Assembly (NCBI RefSeq): GCF_004328075.1
Contig: NZ_SJFN01000017.1
Span: 92,725 to 156,724 of the forward strand
Length of the DNA stretch: 64,000 nt
Source of the DNA: Siculibacillus lacustris
GTDB lineage: Bacteria; Pseudomonadota; Alphaproteobacteria; Rhizobiales; Ancalomicrobiaceae
Reading direction: 5' to 3'
The position numbers and the translations under genes were made by a program. The notes below the pieces were generated by a model, which did not search any database, was not told where the DNA came from, and saw only the letters and a program-made list of their open reading frames with translations. Shown here piece by piece: positions 54,114-63,350 of the stretch (its first letter is position 1; each line of letters starts with the position of its first letter).

Positions 54114-55330
54114 GCCCGCGCAAACCGCTGACCCCGGTCGAGACGGCGCGTGCCGCCCTGCTCGCCGACGTCGCCCCGACGCCAATCGAACGCATCACAC
54201 TCGCCGACGCACCCGGCCGGGTGCTCGCCGAAGATCTCGCCGCGCGACGGACCCAGCCGCCCTTCGACGTCTCGGCCATGGACGGCTGGGCGATCCGCGC
54301 AGCGGATGCCGCGCACCCGGGCGCCGTCCTGACGGCGATCGGCGAGGCCGCCGCCGGCCGGCGCGCCGCCGTGCCGGTCGCCGCCGGCGAGGCCGTGCGG
54401 ATCTTCACCGGCGCGCCGATGCCGGTCGGCGCCGACACCGTGGTGGTCCAGGAAGCGACCCGCAGCGAGGGCGACCGGGTGATCCTCGGCGACGCCGTCA
54501 CGCCCGGCCGCAACGTCCGCCGCGCCGGCGCCGACTTCCGCGACGGCGAGATCGGGCTCACCGCCGGCACCCGCCTCGACTTCACCAATCTCGGCCTGAT
54601 CGCCGCGATGAACCACGCCGAGATCGCCGTCCACCGCCGTCCGCGGGTGGCGATTCTCGCCACCGGCGACGAGTTGGTGGCGCCCGGCACCGAGCCCGGC
54701 CCCGATCAGATCGTCGCCTCCAACGGCGTCGGCATCGCCGCCCTGGTCGCGGCGATCGGCGGTGTGCCGGTCGAGCTCGGCATCGTGGCCGATCGGCTCG
54801 ACGCCACCGTCGCGGTGGTGACCGCGGCGCTCGCCGGCGACGTCGACGTGCTGGTGACCATCGGCGGCGCCTCGGTCGGCGACCACGACCACGTCCACGC
54901 GGCCCTCGGCGAGGCCGGCGTCGACATCGGCTTCTGGAAGATCGCCATGCGCCCAGGCAAGCCCTTGATGCTCGGCCGCCGCGGGCGTCAACGGGTGATC
55001 GGCCTGCCCGGCAATCCCGCCGCCTCGCTGGTCGGCGCGGTGGTGTTCCTGGCGCCGCTGGTGCGCGCGCTGTCGGGCGACCGGCGGCCGGTGGTGCCGT
55101 TCGAGCGGGCGATCGCGGCCTCAGACCTCGCCGCCAACGACGAACGCCAGGACTATCTGCGCGGCACCCTCGGCCGCGACGCCGACGGCCGCACCACGGT
55201 GCGCCCGGTCGATCTCCAGGATTCCTCGCTGCTGTCGCGCTTCGCCGCCGCCGATGCGCTGATCCTGCGCCCGCCGCATGCGCCCGTGGCCCCCGCCGGC
55301 AGCCCGGTCGAGGTGCTCAGGCTGCGCTGA
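54110..55330 (+). CDS. moeA: Molybdopterin molybdenumtransferase MoeA
   Basis: [43 protein letters not shown]. Overlaps the moaC stop. Confidence 0.85.
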   Translation: MSPRKPLTPVETARAALLADVAPTPIERITLADAPGRVLAEDLAARRTQPPFDVSAMDGWAIRAADAAHPGAVLTAIGEAAAGRRAAVPVAAGEAVRIFTGAPMPVGADTVVVQEATRSEGDRVILGDAVTPGRNVRRAGADFRDGEIGLTAGTRLDFTNLGLIAAMNHAEIAVHRRPRVAILATGDELVAPGTEPGPDQIVASNGVGIAALVAAIGGVPVELGIVADRLDATVAVVTAALAGDVDVLVTIGGASVGDHDHVHAALGEAGVDIGFWKIAMRPGKPLMLGRRGRQRVIGLPGNPAASLVGAVVFLAPLVRALSGDRRPVVPFERAIAASDLAANDERQDYLRGTLGRDADGRTTVRPVDLQDSSLLSRFAAADALILRPPHAPVAPAGSPVEVLRLR

Positions 55331-55386
55331 GCCGCGCCGCCGGCGACGGGCGCCGACGCCCCGCATCCTGCAACCGCATCGCCCGC

Positions 55387-57210
55387 TCACTTGCCGAGGC
55401 CGCGGGCCTCGGGCACCGCACCGCCGAGGAAGGCGCCGAGCACCGCGGCGGTGCCTTCCAGGCCGTTCGAGCCGGACACCCAGACGCTCGGCAGCTTCAG
55501 GCCGGTGACGATCTGCGGATTGTCGCGCAACAGGGTCAGCACCAGTTCCAGCTCGCGCAGGCGCAGCACGCTGTCCTTGCCGAGGACGTTGGCCTGGGCG
55601 GTCTGGCCGGCGGCCTGTTCCTCGAGGAACAGCCGCTCGGCGTGGCCCTCGGCCTGACGACGGTCCTGGGCGAGTTGCGCGGTCTTGACCGCGATCTGCG
55701 CCTTGACCAGATCGCGCTGCTGGTCGGCGGTGGCGCGGGCCTGCTCGGTCTTCTGGCGCTGCTCCTGCGAGGTCTGTTCCTGGATGTAGGCGGCCTTGAG
55801 TTGCCCGGCGAGTTGCTCGCGCTGGCGGGCGAGCAGCAATTCGGGCGGGATCGCCGATTCGCCGAGCCGGATCTCCTTGATGTCGACGCCGGCGCGGCGG
55901 CCGTCGACGCGCGCCCGATCGAGAATGGCGTTCTCGAGCTCGACCCGGTGATCGATGGTGTCGAGCACCCGCGTCGGCCGGCGGATCTCACGGGTCCCGC
56001 CGGCGCCGTCGGGTTCGGTGACGGCGATCTCGGAACCGTAGACGTTGCGGACGTGGCTGCGGATCGCCGGGATGACGATGCGCTGATCGACCTGATCCTG
56101 CCCGCCGACCGCGGCGACGACGATCGGCGCGTTCTCCGGGGTGATCTGGACGATGGCGCGCAGTTCCTGGGGGATCTCCCAGCCTTCGACCTTGGTGTTG
56201 ACCGCGCTGTCGGCGGCGCCGTCGGGAACCGAGAAATTGGCCGAGCGCTCGGTCTGCTGGAAGTCGCCCTTGGCATCGACCTTGAGATCGAGGAAGCGCC
56301 GTACGAAGCCGCCCTTGAACTCCAGGGTGGTAACCCGCGTCGAGACCAGGGTCACGTCATAGGCGTCGCGGTTGAGGTAGTAGTCGTTGGGCGGCAGCGA
56401 GGTGCGCCAGATGCCCTTGCAGCCCATCGGCACGACCTCCGCGGTCAGGCCGCCGACGTCGGTGCTGGCGGTGTGGGTCACGCAGTCGATGCCGCGGCGG
56501 GCCACTGTCGAGCGGACCACCCCGACGGTGCCGGCCGGCACGCGGGTGATGGCGGTGGTGAGCGGCGTGTTCTCGCGCTTCTTGCCCTCGATCGAATAGA
56601 CGTCGTCGACCGAGTCGGTGATGTCGCGGCCGTTCTTCTCGTAGCCGATCCGCACGCTGAACAGCGCCAGATTCAACGGATAGACGCCGGGCTTGAGGAT
56701 CGACAGCTGCAGCCCGCGCTTGCCGTGATGCTGGAGGAACCATTCGGCATCGAGGAACTTGGCGAACTCGGCCTCGGGCCATTCCTCGGCCATCACTTCG
56801 CCCTCGGCGAGCGGCTCGCCGTCGTTGGCGACGATGCGGCCGTAGAAGCCGTTCGGCACCACCACCACCGGCAATTCGTGAATGGTGTTGAGGACATTGT
56901 AGAACGGCCAGATGTGGAAGGCGCCGGGCGGGATGATGTCGGCCTGGAAGCCGGTCTCGCCGGCGGTGGCGATGACGTGGCCGGCGGACAGCGAACCGCC
57001 GAGATAGAGCCGCTGGACCACACCGACGCTCGACGGCCCGATCCGGACGACCGAGGTCGACAAGACGGCGGCGCCGGCGATCAGCAGCGTCACGAAACGA
57101 ACGGCGAAGACCGCCGCGGTCCGACGGTCGCCGGCCAAGGCCTGCGGCAGGCGCGGCGGGACGACGACGGCGGCGAGAATCGCGAGCAGAAAGACGGTGA
57201 GAGCGAGCAT
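55387..57210 (-). CDS. Flotillin-like SPFH/band-7 domain protein (YqiK family)
   Basis: 607 aa; N-terminal TM, SPFH domain, then a long Ala/Gln/Glu-rich coiled-coil region (AYIQEQTSQEQRQKTEQARATADQQRDLVKAQIAVKTAQLAQDRRQAEG). No NfeD-type partner gene adjacent. Confidence 0.7.
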   Translation of the reverse strand: MLALTVFLLAILAAVVVPPRLPQALAGDRRTAAVFAVRFVTLLIAGAAVLSTSVVRIGPSSVGVVQRLYLGGSLSAGHVIATAGETGFQADIIPPGAFHIWPFYNVLNTIHELPVVVVPNGFYGRIVANDGEPLAEGEVMAEEWPEAEFAKFLDAEWFLQHHGKRGLQLSILKPGVYPLNLALFSVRIGYEKNGRDITDSVDDVYSIEGKKRENTPLTTAITRVPAGTVGVVRSTVARRGIDCVTHTASTDVGGLTAEVVPMGCKGIWRTSLPPNDYYLNRDAYDVTLVSTRVTTLEFKGGFVRRFLDLKVDAKGDFQQTERSANFSVPDGAADSAVNTKVEGWEIPQELRAIVQITPENAPIVVAAVGGQDQVDQRIVIPAIRSHVRNVYGSEIAVTEPDGAGGTREIRRPTRVLDTIDHRVELENAILDRARVDGRRAGVDIKEIRLGESAIPPELLLARQREQLAGQLKAAYIQEQTSQEQRQKTEQARATADQQRDLVKAQIAVKTAQLAQDRRQAEGHAERLFLEEQAAGQTAQANVLGKDSVLRLRELELVLTLLRDNPQIVTGLKLPSVWVSGSNGLEGTAAVLGAFLGGAVPEARGLGK

Positions 57211-57483
57211 CGCTGGGCCCTTTCCGTGCGAGATCTGACCTCGGGACGAGGTCGGTGCGGGACATCATCCGGGCGTACGGGGAAGCGCGACGAACGCCGG
57301 CGATCGGCGCGGCCCGGTCGCGCGCGACCAACCCGACCGGGGCGCGAGATCCGGCCGACCTCGCCCCCGCTCGGTCCCACCGATTCCATAGTCGAGGTTC
57401 GGCCGACCGGCCACTCGTGATTGCGCGCGACCGGCAATGTGCCGCAGGTTCCGCGACGATTCGACGACGGCGTCGCGCCGGGA

Positions 57484-58422
57484 TCAGAACGGCGCGTGCA
57501 GCCAGCCGACCAGCAGGGTCAGGGTGAGGAAGGACAGCGAGGTTGCGCCGAGCAGGGCCGCTGCGGCGCGCTTCTCGTGGCCGTAGGTCTGCGACAGGAG
57601 CGCATAGACCGACAGCATCGGCGAGGCGGCGAAGATTAGCATCGCCTGCTGATGGGCGATCGCCGGCGCCGGCAGGACCAGCAGCGCCAGACCGACGGCG
57701 AGCGGGTGCAGCAGCAGCTTCCCCGAGACGATGCCGCCGATGTCCCAACCGACGGTCGACAGGCGCAGGCTCGCCAGCGCGCCGCCGATCGCGAACAGCG
57801 CCGCGGCGGTCGAGGCGTCGGCGAGCAGATCGATCGCCCGCTGGAGCGGCGCCGGCGGCAGCCAGCCGGTGGCCGAGGCGGCACAGCCGGCGAGGATGCC
57901 GAGGATCATCGGATTGCGGGTGAGGCGGCGCAGCACGAACAGCAGGATGCGGTGGATCGGCTCGCCCGCCCGGCGGCCGCTCTCGGCCAGCCCGAGGCCG
58001 ATCGGGATCATCACCAGATTCTCGACGATCAGGGTCAGCGACAGCGCGACCAGGGCATCGGGGCCGACCACCATCACGGCGATCGGAAAGCCGATGAAGC
58101 CGCTGTTGGAGGACGACGAACCGAGCCCCATCATCGCCGCGTCGGCGACGTCGCGCTTGGCGAAGACCCGCGCCGACAGGAACACGAAGCCGAAGGCGAA
58201 CAGCGAACCGGCGACATAGACGCCGAGATAGTTCCAATCGAGCAATGCCAGGATCGGCCGCTGCGACAGCGCCCGGAACAGCATCGCCGGCAGGGCCAGG
58301 CGGATGACGAAGACGCCGATGCCGCGAATGTTGGCCGCCGAGGTGATGCCCGAGATGGTCGCGCCCCAGCCGACCAGGATCAGCAGGAAGATCGGAAAGG
58401 TGATCGCCAGAATCGACAGCAT
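57484..58422 (-). CDS. AEC (auxin efflux carrier) family transporter
   Basis: MLSILAITFPIFLLILVGW...; ~10 TM helices; 312 aa. Confidence 0.75.
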   Translation of the reverse strand: MLSILAITFPIFLLILVGWGATISGITSAANIRGIGVFVIRLALPAMLFRALSQRPILALLDWNYLGVYVAGSLFAFGFVFLSARVFAKRDVADAAMMGLGSSSSNSGFIGFPIAVMVVGPDALVALSLTLIVENLVMIPIGLGLAESGRRAGEPIHRILLFVLRRLTRNPMILGILAGCAASATGWLPPAPLQRAIDLLADASTAAALFAIGGALASLRLSTVGWDIGGIVSGKLLLHPLAVGLALLVLPAPAIAHQQAMLIFAASPMLSVYALLSQTYGHEKRAAAALLGATSLSFLTLTLLVGWLHAPF

Positions 58423-58753
58423 GGGCTCGCTCGGGTCATCGGCCGCCCGAGGGCGAGGTCTATCAGGACGATCTATACCGAGCGCAGGGCGCGGGAGATC
58501 ACGCAAGGGTCCCAAGAGCCTACGACTTTAGTCGCAATTATGGCGCAGCTCCAGCTCCGGCGGCCGAGCCCCATGCGCGGCACGCATGGCTACGCCCTCC
58601 GATCTCGCATCGATCCCCGGCGATCCGATCGAAGGGAAGCGCGAACGTCGATCCTTCCGGCCGTCTTTATCGCCGGCCGGCGCAGAACGGCCGCGTCGCT
58701 CCGGCGGCGCCTTTGCTCCCGCCCCCCCCTCGCGGCTGTCGCGCGCCTCGATT

Positions 58754-58790
58754 TTGAACGTCGTTCAATTTTCTTTTTGAACAACGTTCA
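58754..58790. promoter_or_regulatory. Two adjacent palindromic operator-like sites TTGAAC-N3-GTTCAA / TTGAAC-N3-GTTCAT upstream of the C45 peptidase gene
   Basis: ttgaacgtcgttcaa (58754-58768) and ttgaacaacgttcat (58777-58791) separated by ttttctttt, ~55-90 nt upstream of the ATG at 58846. Confidence 0.3.
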
Positions 58791-58845
58791 TTTCGTGCTA
58801 TCGATGGGTCTAGCGAACCCTCGCGGCTTTCGGGACACCGCCCTC

Positions 58846-59829
58846 ATGACCCACCTCGATCCGATCCCCTTCATCGTCCCCCTCCCCGGCGAGGAACCGG
58901 CCCTGGCCGCCCTGCGCCACGCGCCCGAAAAGCTCGACCTCCTGCTGGCGTCGGCGCGTCGGACCTATACGCCGCTGGGCGTCCGGGTGGCCGACGCACT
59001 TTCGCGCCGATGGGCGCGGCGCGTCGCCAGCCCCTACGAGGGCGCGATTTCCCAGGTCGACCGGGTCCTGGGCCGGCCGGGCGCCTTTCTGCTCAACCAC
59101 TCCTATGAATGGGGCTGCACCACCGGCGTGGTCGCCGACCCCGCGCTCGGCGGGCCGACCCTGCTGCGGGTGCTCGACTGGCCGTTCGACGGCCTCGGCC
59201 GCGCCGTGGTCGCCACGCGGTGCGCCGGACCCGCCGGCCCCTATGTCAGCCTGACCTGGCCCGGCCATGTCGGCGTCCTGACCGCCTGTGCGCCGGGGCG
59301 GTTCGCCGCGGCGATCAACCAGCCGCCGCTGCCGACGCCGTGGGGCAAGGCGGTCGGCTGGCCGACGGCGCGCTGGCACGTCGGTCGATCGACCGCCCTG
59401 CCGCCGAGCCATCTCCTGCGCCTGGTCTTCGATCGATGCGCGTCCTTCGACGACGCCGTGAGTTTGCTGCGGACCATGCCGATCTGCATTCCGACCATCT
59501 TCACCGTCGCCGGTGCGCGCCCGGGCGAGGCGATCACCATCGAGCGCACGCAGAACCGCGCCCATGTCTGTGCCGAACCGGCCGCCGCCAACCACTGGGC
59601 GAGCCCCGACGGCCCGACCGGACGGCCGCGCAATCGCAGCAGCCGGCAGCGCCGCGCCGACATGCTCGCCCTCGCCCGGCGGCCGCCCGACTGGTCGATG
59701 AAGTGGCTCGCGGCGCCGATCCTCCACGACGAAACCCGCCTGTCGGTGATGGCCAATGCCGCGAGCGGGCGCCTGATCGCCCAGGGCTTCGAGGCGACGG
59801 GGCCGGCGACGGCCCTCACGGTTCTCTGA
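58846..59829 (+). CDS. C45-family Ntn-hydrolase (acyl-CoA:6-aminopenicillanic-acid acyltransferase-like)
   Basis: NHSYEWGCTTGVVAD fits the Gly|Cys-Thr-Thr autoproteolytic site of isopenicillin-N acyltransferase-like C45 enzymes, with a size and downstream pattern typical of the family. The earlier in-frame ATG at 58804 is an alternative start. Confidence 0.55.
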   Translation: MTHLDPIPFIVPLPGEEPALAALRHAPEKLDLLLASARRTYTPLGVRVADALSRRWARRVASPYEGAISQVDRVLGRPGAFLLNHSYEWGCTTGVVADPALGGPTLLRVLDWPFDGLGRAVVATRCAGPAGPYVSLTWPGHVGVLTACAPGRFAAAINQPPLPTPWGKAVGWPTARWHVGRSTALPPSHLLRLVFDRCASFDDAVSLLRTMPICIPTIFTVAGARPGEAITIERTQNRAHVCAEPAAANHWASPDGPTGRPRNRSSRQRRADMLALARRPPDWSMKWLAAPILHDETRLSVMANAASGRLIAQGFEATGPATALTVL

Positions 59830-59949
59830 CGCTCCCGGAAGCGGATGGGGGCTTGCCGAGACGGATGTCGGCCGACCGTCCGGAATCGGGTGGCCGGCGG
59901 AGGCCCGGAGCGGCGAAGCTCGCCGCTCATCGCAAGAGGAGCGACGCCC

Positions 59950-60417
59950 ATGACCTTCCGCATCACCGGCCTTTCCCCCGACGAATTCCGCCCGCTGTGG
60001 GGCCTGCCGGAGGCCGAACTGGCGCGGCGCGCCATCCGCCGCGTCGTCGCGACGGAGGGCCCGGGCTATCCCGACCGCATCGAAATGCGCGAGGCGGCCG
60101 CCGGCGAGACCCTGCTGCTGCTCAATCACCTCTACCAGCCGGCGGATTCGCCCTATCGCGGCAGCCACGCGATCTATGTGCGCGAAGGCGCCGAGGCGCG
60201 CTACGACCGGATCGGCGAGGTGCCCGAGGTGATGCGCACGCGTCTCCTGTCGGTCCGGGCCTTCGACGCCGAGGCGATGATCGTCGACGCCGACGTGGTC
60301 GACGGCCGCGACCTCGAGCCGCTGATCGCCCGGCTGTTCGAGAACCCGGCGGCGACCTACCTCCACGTTCACAACGCCAAACGCGGCTGCTATTCGGGGC
60401 GGATCGATCGGGTGTGA
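59950..60417 (+). CDS. Hypothetical protein, DUF1203-like
   Basis: 155 aa, AGGAG RBS; ...GPGYPDRIEMREAAAGETLLLLNHLYQPADSPYRGSHAIYVREGAE... resembles the DUF1203 signature as recalled. The family name is from memory and low confidence. Confidence 0.45.
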   Translation: MTFRITGLSPDEFRPLWGLPEAELARRAIRRVVATEGPGYPDRIEMREAAAGETLLLLNHLYQPADSPYRGSHAIYVREGAEARYDRIGEVPEVMRTRLLSVRAFDAEAMIVDADVVDGRDLEPLIARLFENPAATYLHVHNAKRGCYSGRIDRV

Positions 60418-60516
60418 GCGCGCCCGAGCGCCGTTTCGGCGTCGCAGCGGCGCGGCGACGACGCGACCGGGCATGCGGTCTCCCGACGGATCGCGAAGGC
60501 GCGCCGATCCCCGGCG

Positions 60517-61065
60517 TCAGCGATTTCGCAGCTGCGCCTCCACCGCCGCAATCGGGCGGTCGTTTCGCGGCAGAACGAAGGGAGGTTGTTTCATCGACGC
60601 GAGGCCCAACGGGTCCCCGCGAACCACTTCCACGCGGGTCTTCCGGAAGAGTTCGAACGGCTGGCATTCCCATGCCAGCCCCCGGCTTCCCGTCACGGGA
60701 TTGTAGGTTTCGGCGCCGTATTGAAAACACAGCTGCACGAGCTTCGGGGCGCGACAGTCGATCCCCTGCGTCGGAACCCGGATCGGTTCGTGAACGACTT
60801 TCCAGTGCCCCGGAAGGATCACCCGGTTGCCCGGATACCACAGGAAGACGCGCCCGCCCGGCGTCGCATATTCGATCTGATTGCCGTGGCCGTCGGAATA
60901 ACTCCGATAGGTCGTGTCGGACATGAAGCGCTTCACGTCCGAGGTCGTGATCTCCGAGCGAAACTGCTCCGAGAAGGCGGCGCACCGGGTGTCGTCGGTC
61001 GCCTTCGCCACGGGCGCGGACAGGACGAGCGCGACGGCCGCCAGGCCGAAAGCGGGGACACGCAC
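60517..61065 (-). CDS. Hypothetical secreted protein
   Basis: GTG start with GAGGA RBS; signal peptide VRVPAFGLAAVALVLSAPVAKA|TDD. 182 aa; no family recognised. Confidence 0.45.
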   Translation of the reverse strand: MRVPAFGLAAVALVLSAPVAKATDDTRCAAFSEQFRSEITTSDVKRFMSDTTYRSYSDGHGNQIEYATPGGRVFLWYPGNRVILPGHWKVVHEPIRVPTQGIDCRAPKLVQLCFQYGAETYNPVTGSRGLAWECQPFELFRKTRVEVVRGDPLGLASMKQPPFVLPRNDRPIAAVEAQLRNR

Positions 61066-61350
61066 CGTACTTTCCTCGTGTAAGGGTTTCGAGGCACAAC
61101 TCCTACGACGGCGAGGGTCCGCCGTCACGGGCCAATTCGTCGCGCCGCCGCGGGCGGTCGGCTTGGTGCGGCCGGCGTTCGAGCCGCCGCACGATCCGGC
61201 CGCGAGCGGGGCGTTTCCCGACGAAATGCGCCGGAAGCCGCGACCGAACACCCTCTCGCGCGACGCGAGCCGACCCCGGTCCAGAGACGCCGCCGGCCTG
61301 CCCTCGGGTAAAACGGCGAACAGAAGCGAGCTCCTAGATTTGTCGTCCGA

Positions 61351-61438
61351 TCAGGTTCTGGCTTTACCCCTTGCGGCACAACACGCGGTAAAGCGATCTG
61401 ACCTGAAGAACCAGAACGGTCCCGCAACTCTGCGATGG
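61351..61438 (+). repeat. Copy 1 of a conserved ~88-nt element with nested stem-loops (candidate structured RNA or miniature repeat)
   Basis: caGGTTCTgGCTTTACCCCTTGCgGcACAAC...GGTAAAGcGATCTGACCtGAAgAAcCAGAACGGtCCCGCAACTCTGCGATGG is ~86% identical to a second copy at 63263-63350 in the same orientation. Confidence 0.4.
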
Positions 61439-61664
61439 TGTCTGCCGTAAGCCCCGCGTCTCAGCCGGCCGAGGCCGGAATCCTCGGGTCAGCTGTGGAG
61501 AAAGAATGATTTCGGCTCGGCGTTCTGCTGATGAAAGGGTTCGGCGGTCGAAAAAATACCTCAGGCGAGGAAGACGCGTTCCCATCTCAGTGTTAGTTTG
61601 AAATACGTAGATACCAGGACATTTCGGAAATTGGAAAACCAAGAAATCGAGTGGGAGGGGCACG

Positions 61665-62909
61665 ATGAAGTTCGCAGCACTGGTGAGCGGTTCCATTCTC
61701 GTCGGCTCGATGGCGGCATCGGCGGTTCGCGCCGAAACCCCGAGCGAGCTGGGCGCCGCGGCGCTCGGCGGCTATACGATGATCACGGCCTTCGCCGGCG
61801 CCTGCAAGTTCGAGATCGAAAAGCCGATCGCGGCGGTGCTCGATGGCAACATCCGGGCGCTGGTGACCAAGTTGGCGGTTCCCGCCGGTACGGTCGAGGC
61901 CATGACGGCGGCAAACGCCAAGCAACTGAGCGGTCACGAGGCCGAGAGCTGTGTATGGGGCCCGGACAAGTTCAACGCGATGATCGCCGAAATGGCGAAG
62001 GAGTCGCTGGCCGCGGCGACCAAGGCCGGGGTCGAGCAGGCCCCGATCCCGCCGTCGAAACGCCCGCTCTCGTCCTTCCCGCCCGATGCCGCGGCCAATC
62101 CGGTGAAGGAGAAGGCGCAGGCCGGGATCGGCGGCTATGTGGCGATCCTGGCGATCGGCAAGCTCTGCGACTTCACCGCCGATCCCGCCACGGTTCGCAC
62201 CATCGTCGACAACGTCAACGCGCTGCAACCGAAGTCCGAGCTGAGCGACAAGGACATCGACGCCATGGTCGAGGCGGGCGTGGCGAACTTCGGCAAGGAC
62301 AAGGCCAAATACTGTGGCCCCGGCCCGGCGAAATATGCGACCGCGGTCGTCGACATGGCGAAATACGCGGTGGCGGCGGCGGAGGGCAGCGGCGTCGCCC
62401 TGAAGACGGTGGAAGCCCCCAAGGCTGAGCCCGCACCGGCGGCTGCCCCTGCGGCGTCCCCCGTCGCCAAGGCCCCTGCGCCCGTCACCTCGCCCCCCGC
62501 CGGCTCCGGCACCCTCACCGGCGCCGACGCCGAAGCGATCGCCGCGATCGCTCGCGCCTACGGCGAGGCCACCGTGTCGAAGGACAAGAACGGCGATCCG
62601 ACCATCAAGGTCCGCTCGAAAGGCGCGGGATGGACGATGTCGTTCTACGGCTGCGAAAAGGGCACGGATTGCCTGTCGATCGAGCTCTATCACGGCTTCG
62701 AAACCGACGCCAAACCGTCGCCGGAGCGGATCAACGAGTGGAATCGGACCAAACGCTGGGGCAAGGCCTATCTCGACAAGGACGGCGATCCCAACCTGAA
62801 CTTCGACATCAATCTGCGTGGAGGGGTGATGCGCGCCAACCTCGACTCCGACATCGCCCGTTGGGTCGACATGATCGGTGACTTCAAGGCGTTCGTCGCC
62901 AAGAAGTGA
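61665..62909 (+). CDS. Secreted protein with C-terminal YbjN-like domain and two N-terminal Cys-containing repeats
   Basis: Signal peptide MKFAALVSGSILVGSMAASAVRA. The N-terminal repeats are ITAFAGACKFEIEKP... and VAILAIGKLCDFTADP.... The C-terminus IKVRSKGAGWTMSFYGCEKGTDCLSIELYHGF...WNRTKRWGKAYLDKDGDPNLNFDINLRGGV resembles YbjN/T3SS-chaperone-like-fold proteins. Confidence 0.55.
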   Translation: MKFAALVSGSILVGSMAASAVRAETPSELGAAALGGYTMITAFAGACKFEIEKPIAAVLDGNIRALVTKLAVPAGTVEAMTAANAKQLSGHEAESCVWGPDKFNAMIAEMAKESLAAATKAGVEQAPIPPSKRPLSSFPPDAAANPVKEKAQAGIGGYVAILAIGKLCDFTADPATVRTIVDNVNALQPKSELSDKDIDAMVEAGVANFGKDKAKYCGPGPAKYATAVVDMAKYAVAAAEGSGVALKTVEAPKAEPAPAAAPAASPVAKAPAPVTSPPAGSGTLTGADAEAIAAIARAYGEATVSKDKNGDPTIKVRSKGAGWTMSFYGCEKGTDCLSIELYHGFETDAKPSPERINEWNRTKRWGKAYLDKDGDPNLNFDINLRGGVMRANLDSDIARWVDMIGDFKAFVAKK

Positions 62910-63262
62910 AGGCCCGATCAGGCCGATCCTCCGCCCCTTCACCGACCGCTCGGCGGGGGGCGGCGGGTCGCTCGTGCCCAAATCGCGGCACTTGCGCGGG
63001 AGCCCTCCGCCTTCCCCTCGGCTCGCTGGCGCTCCCGCGCGCGCCCCGCGCAGCACGGGGGGGCGACGACCGCCGGCCGGCACGCCGGTTCGCGGTGACC
63101 CGTCGCAGTGCTGCCGCCGCCCTGCTCGCACCGGGGACGTCGACCGGTATGACGACACGCTGCCCGAGGCTCGTGGCCGACCGGCCTGCTGCCGGTTTCA
63201 CGGACGCCCCGCGGCAAAAGTGAATTCACGAACAGACGCAAGACAATAGGTTTGGTGCTTTT

Positions 63263-63350
63263 CCCGGTTCTCGCTTTACCCCTTGCAGAACAACCAGGGG
63301 TAAAGTGATCTGACCAGAAAAAGCCAGAACGGACCCGCAACTCTGCGATG
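63263..63350 (+). repeat. Copy 2 of the ~88-nt conserved element
   Basis: ccGGTTCTcGCTTTACCCCTTGCaGaACAACcaggGGTAAAGtGATCTGACCaGAAaAAgCCAGAACGGaCCCGCAACTCTGCGATGG. The inner stem ctttacccc/ggggtaaag is perfect in this copy. Confidence 0.4.

Noticed and set aside
57211-57483. Possible NfeD-like partner ORF upstream of the flotillin gene (ORF 57090..57437-)
   Set aside because: Its translation is Arg/Pro-rich with no hydrophobic helices or OB-fold-like segment; it is a shadow frame.
61361-61380. Possible sigma-54 promoter (TGGC-N-TTGC) inside the conserved 88-nt element
   Set aside because: The GG-to-GC spacing is 11 rather than 10 nt in copy 1, and copy 2 has TCGC instead of TGGC, so it is not a conserved -24/-12 element.
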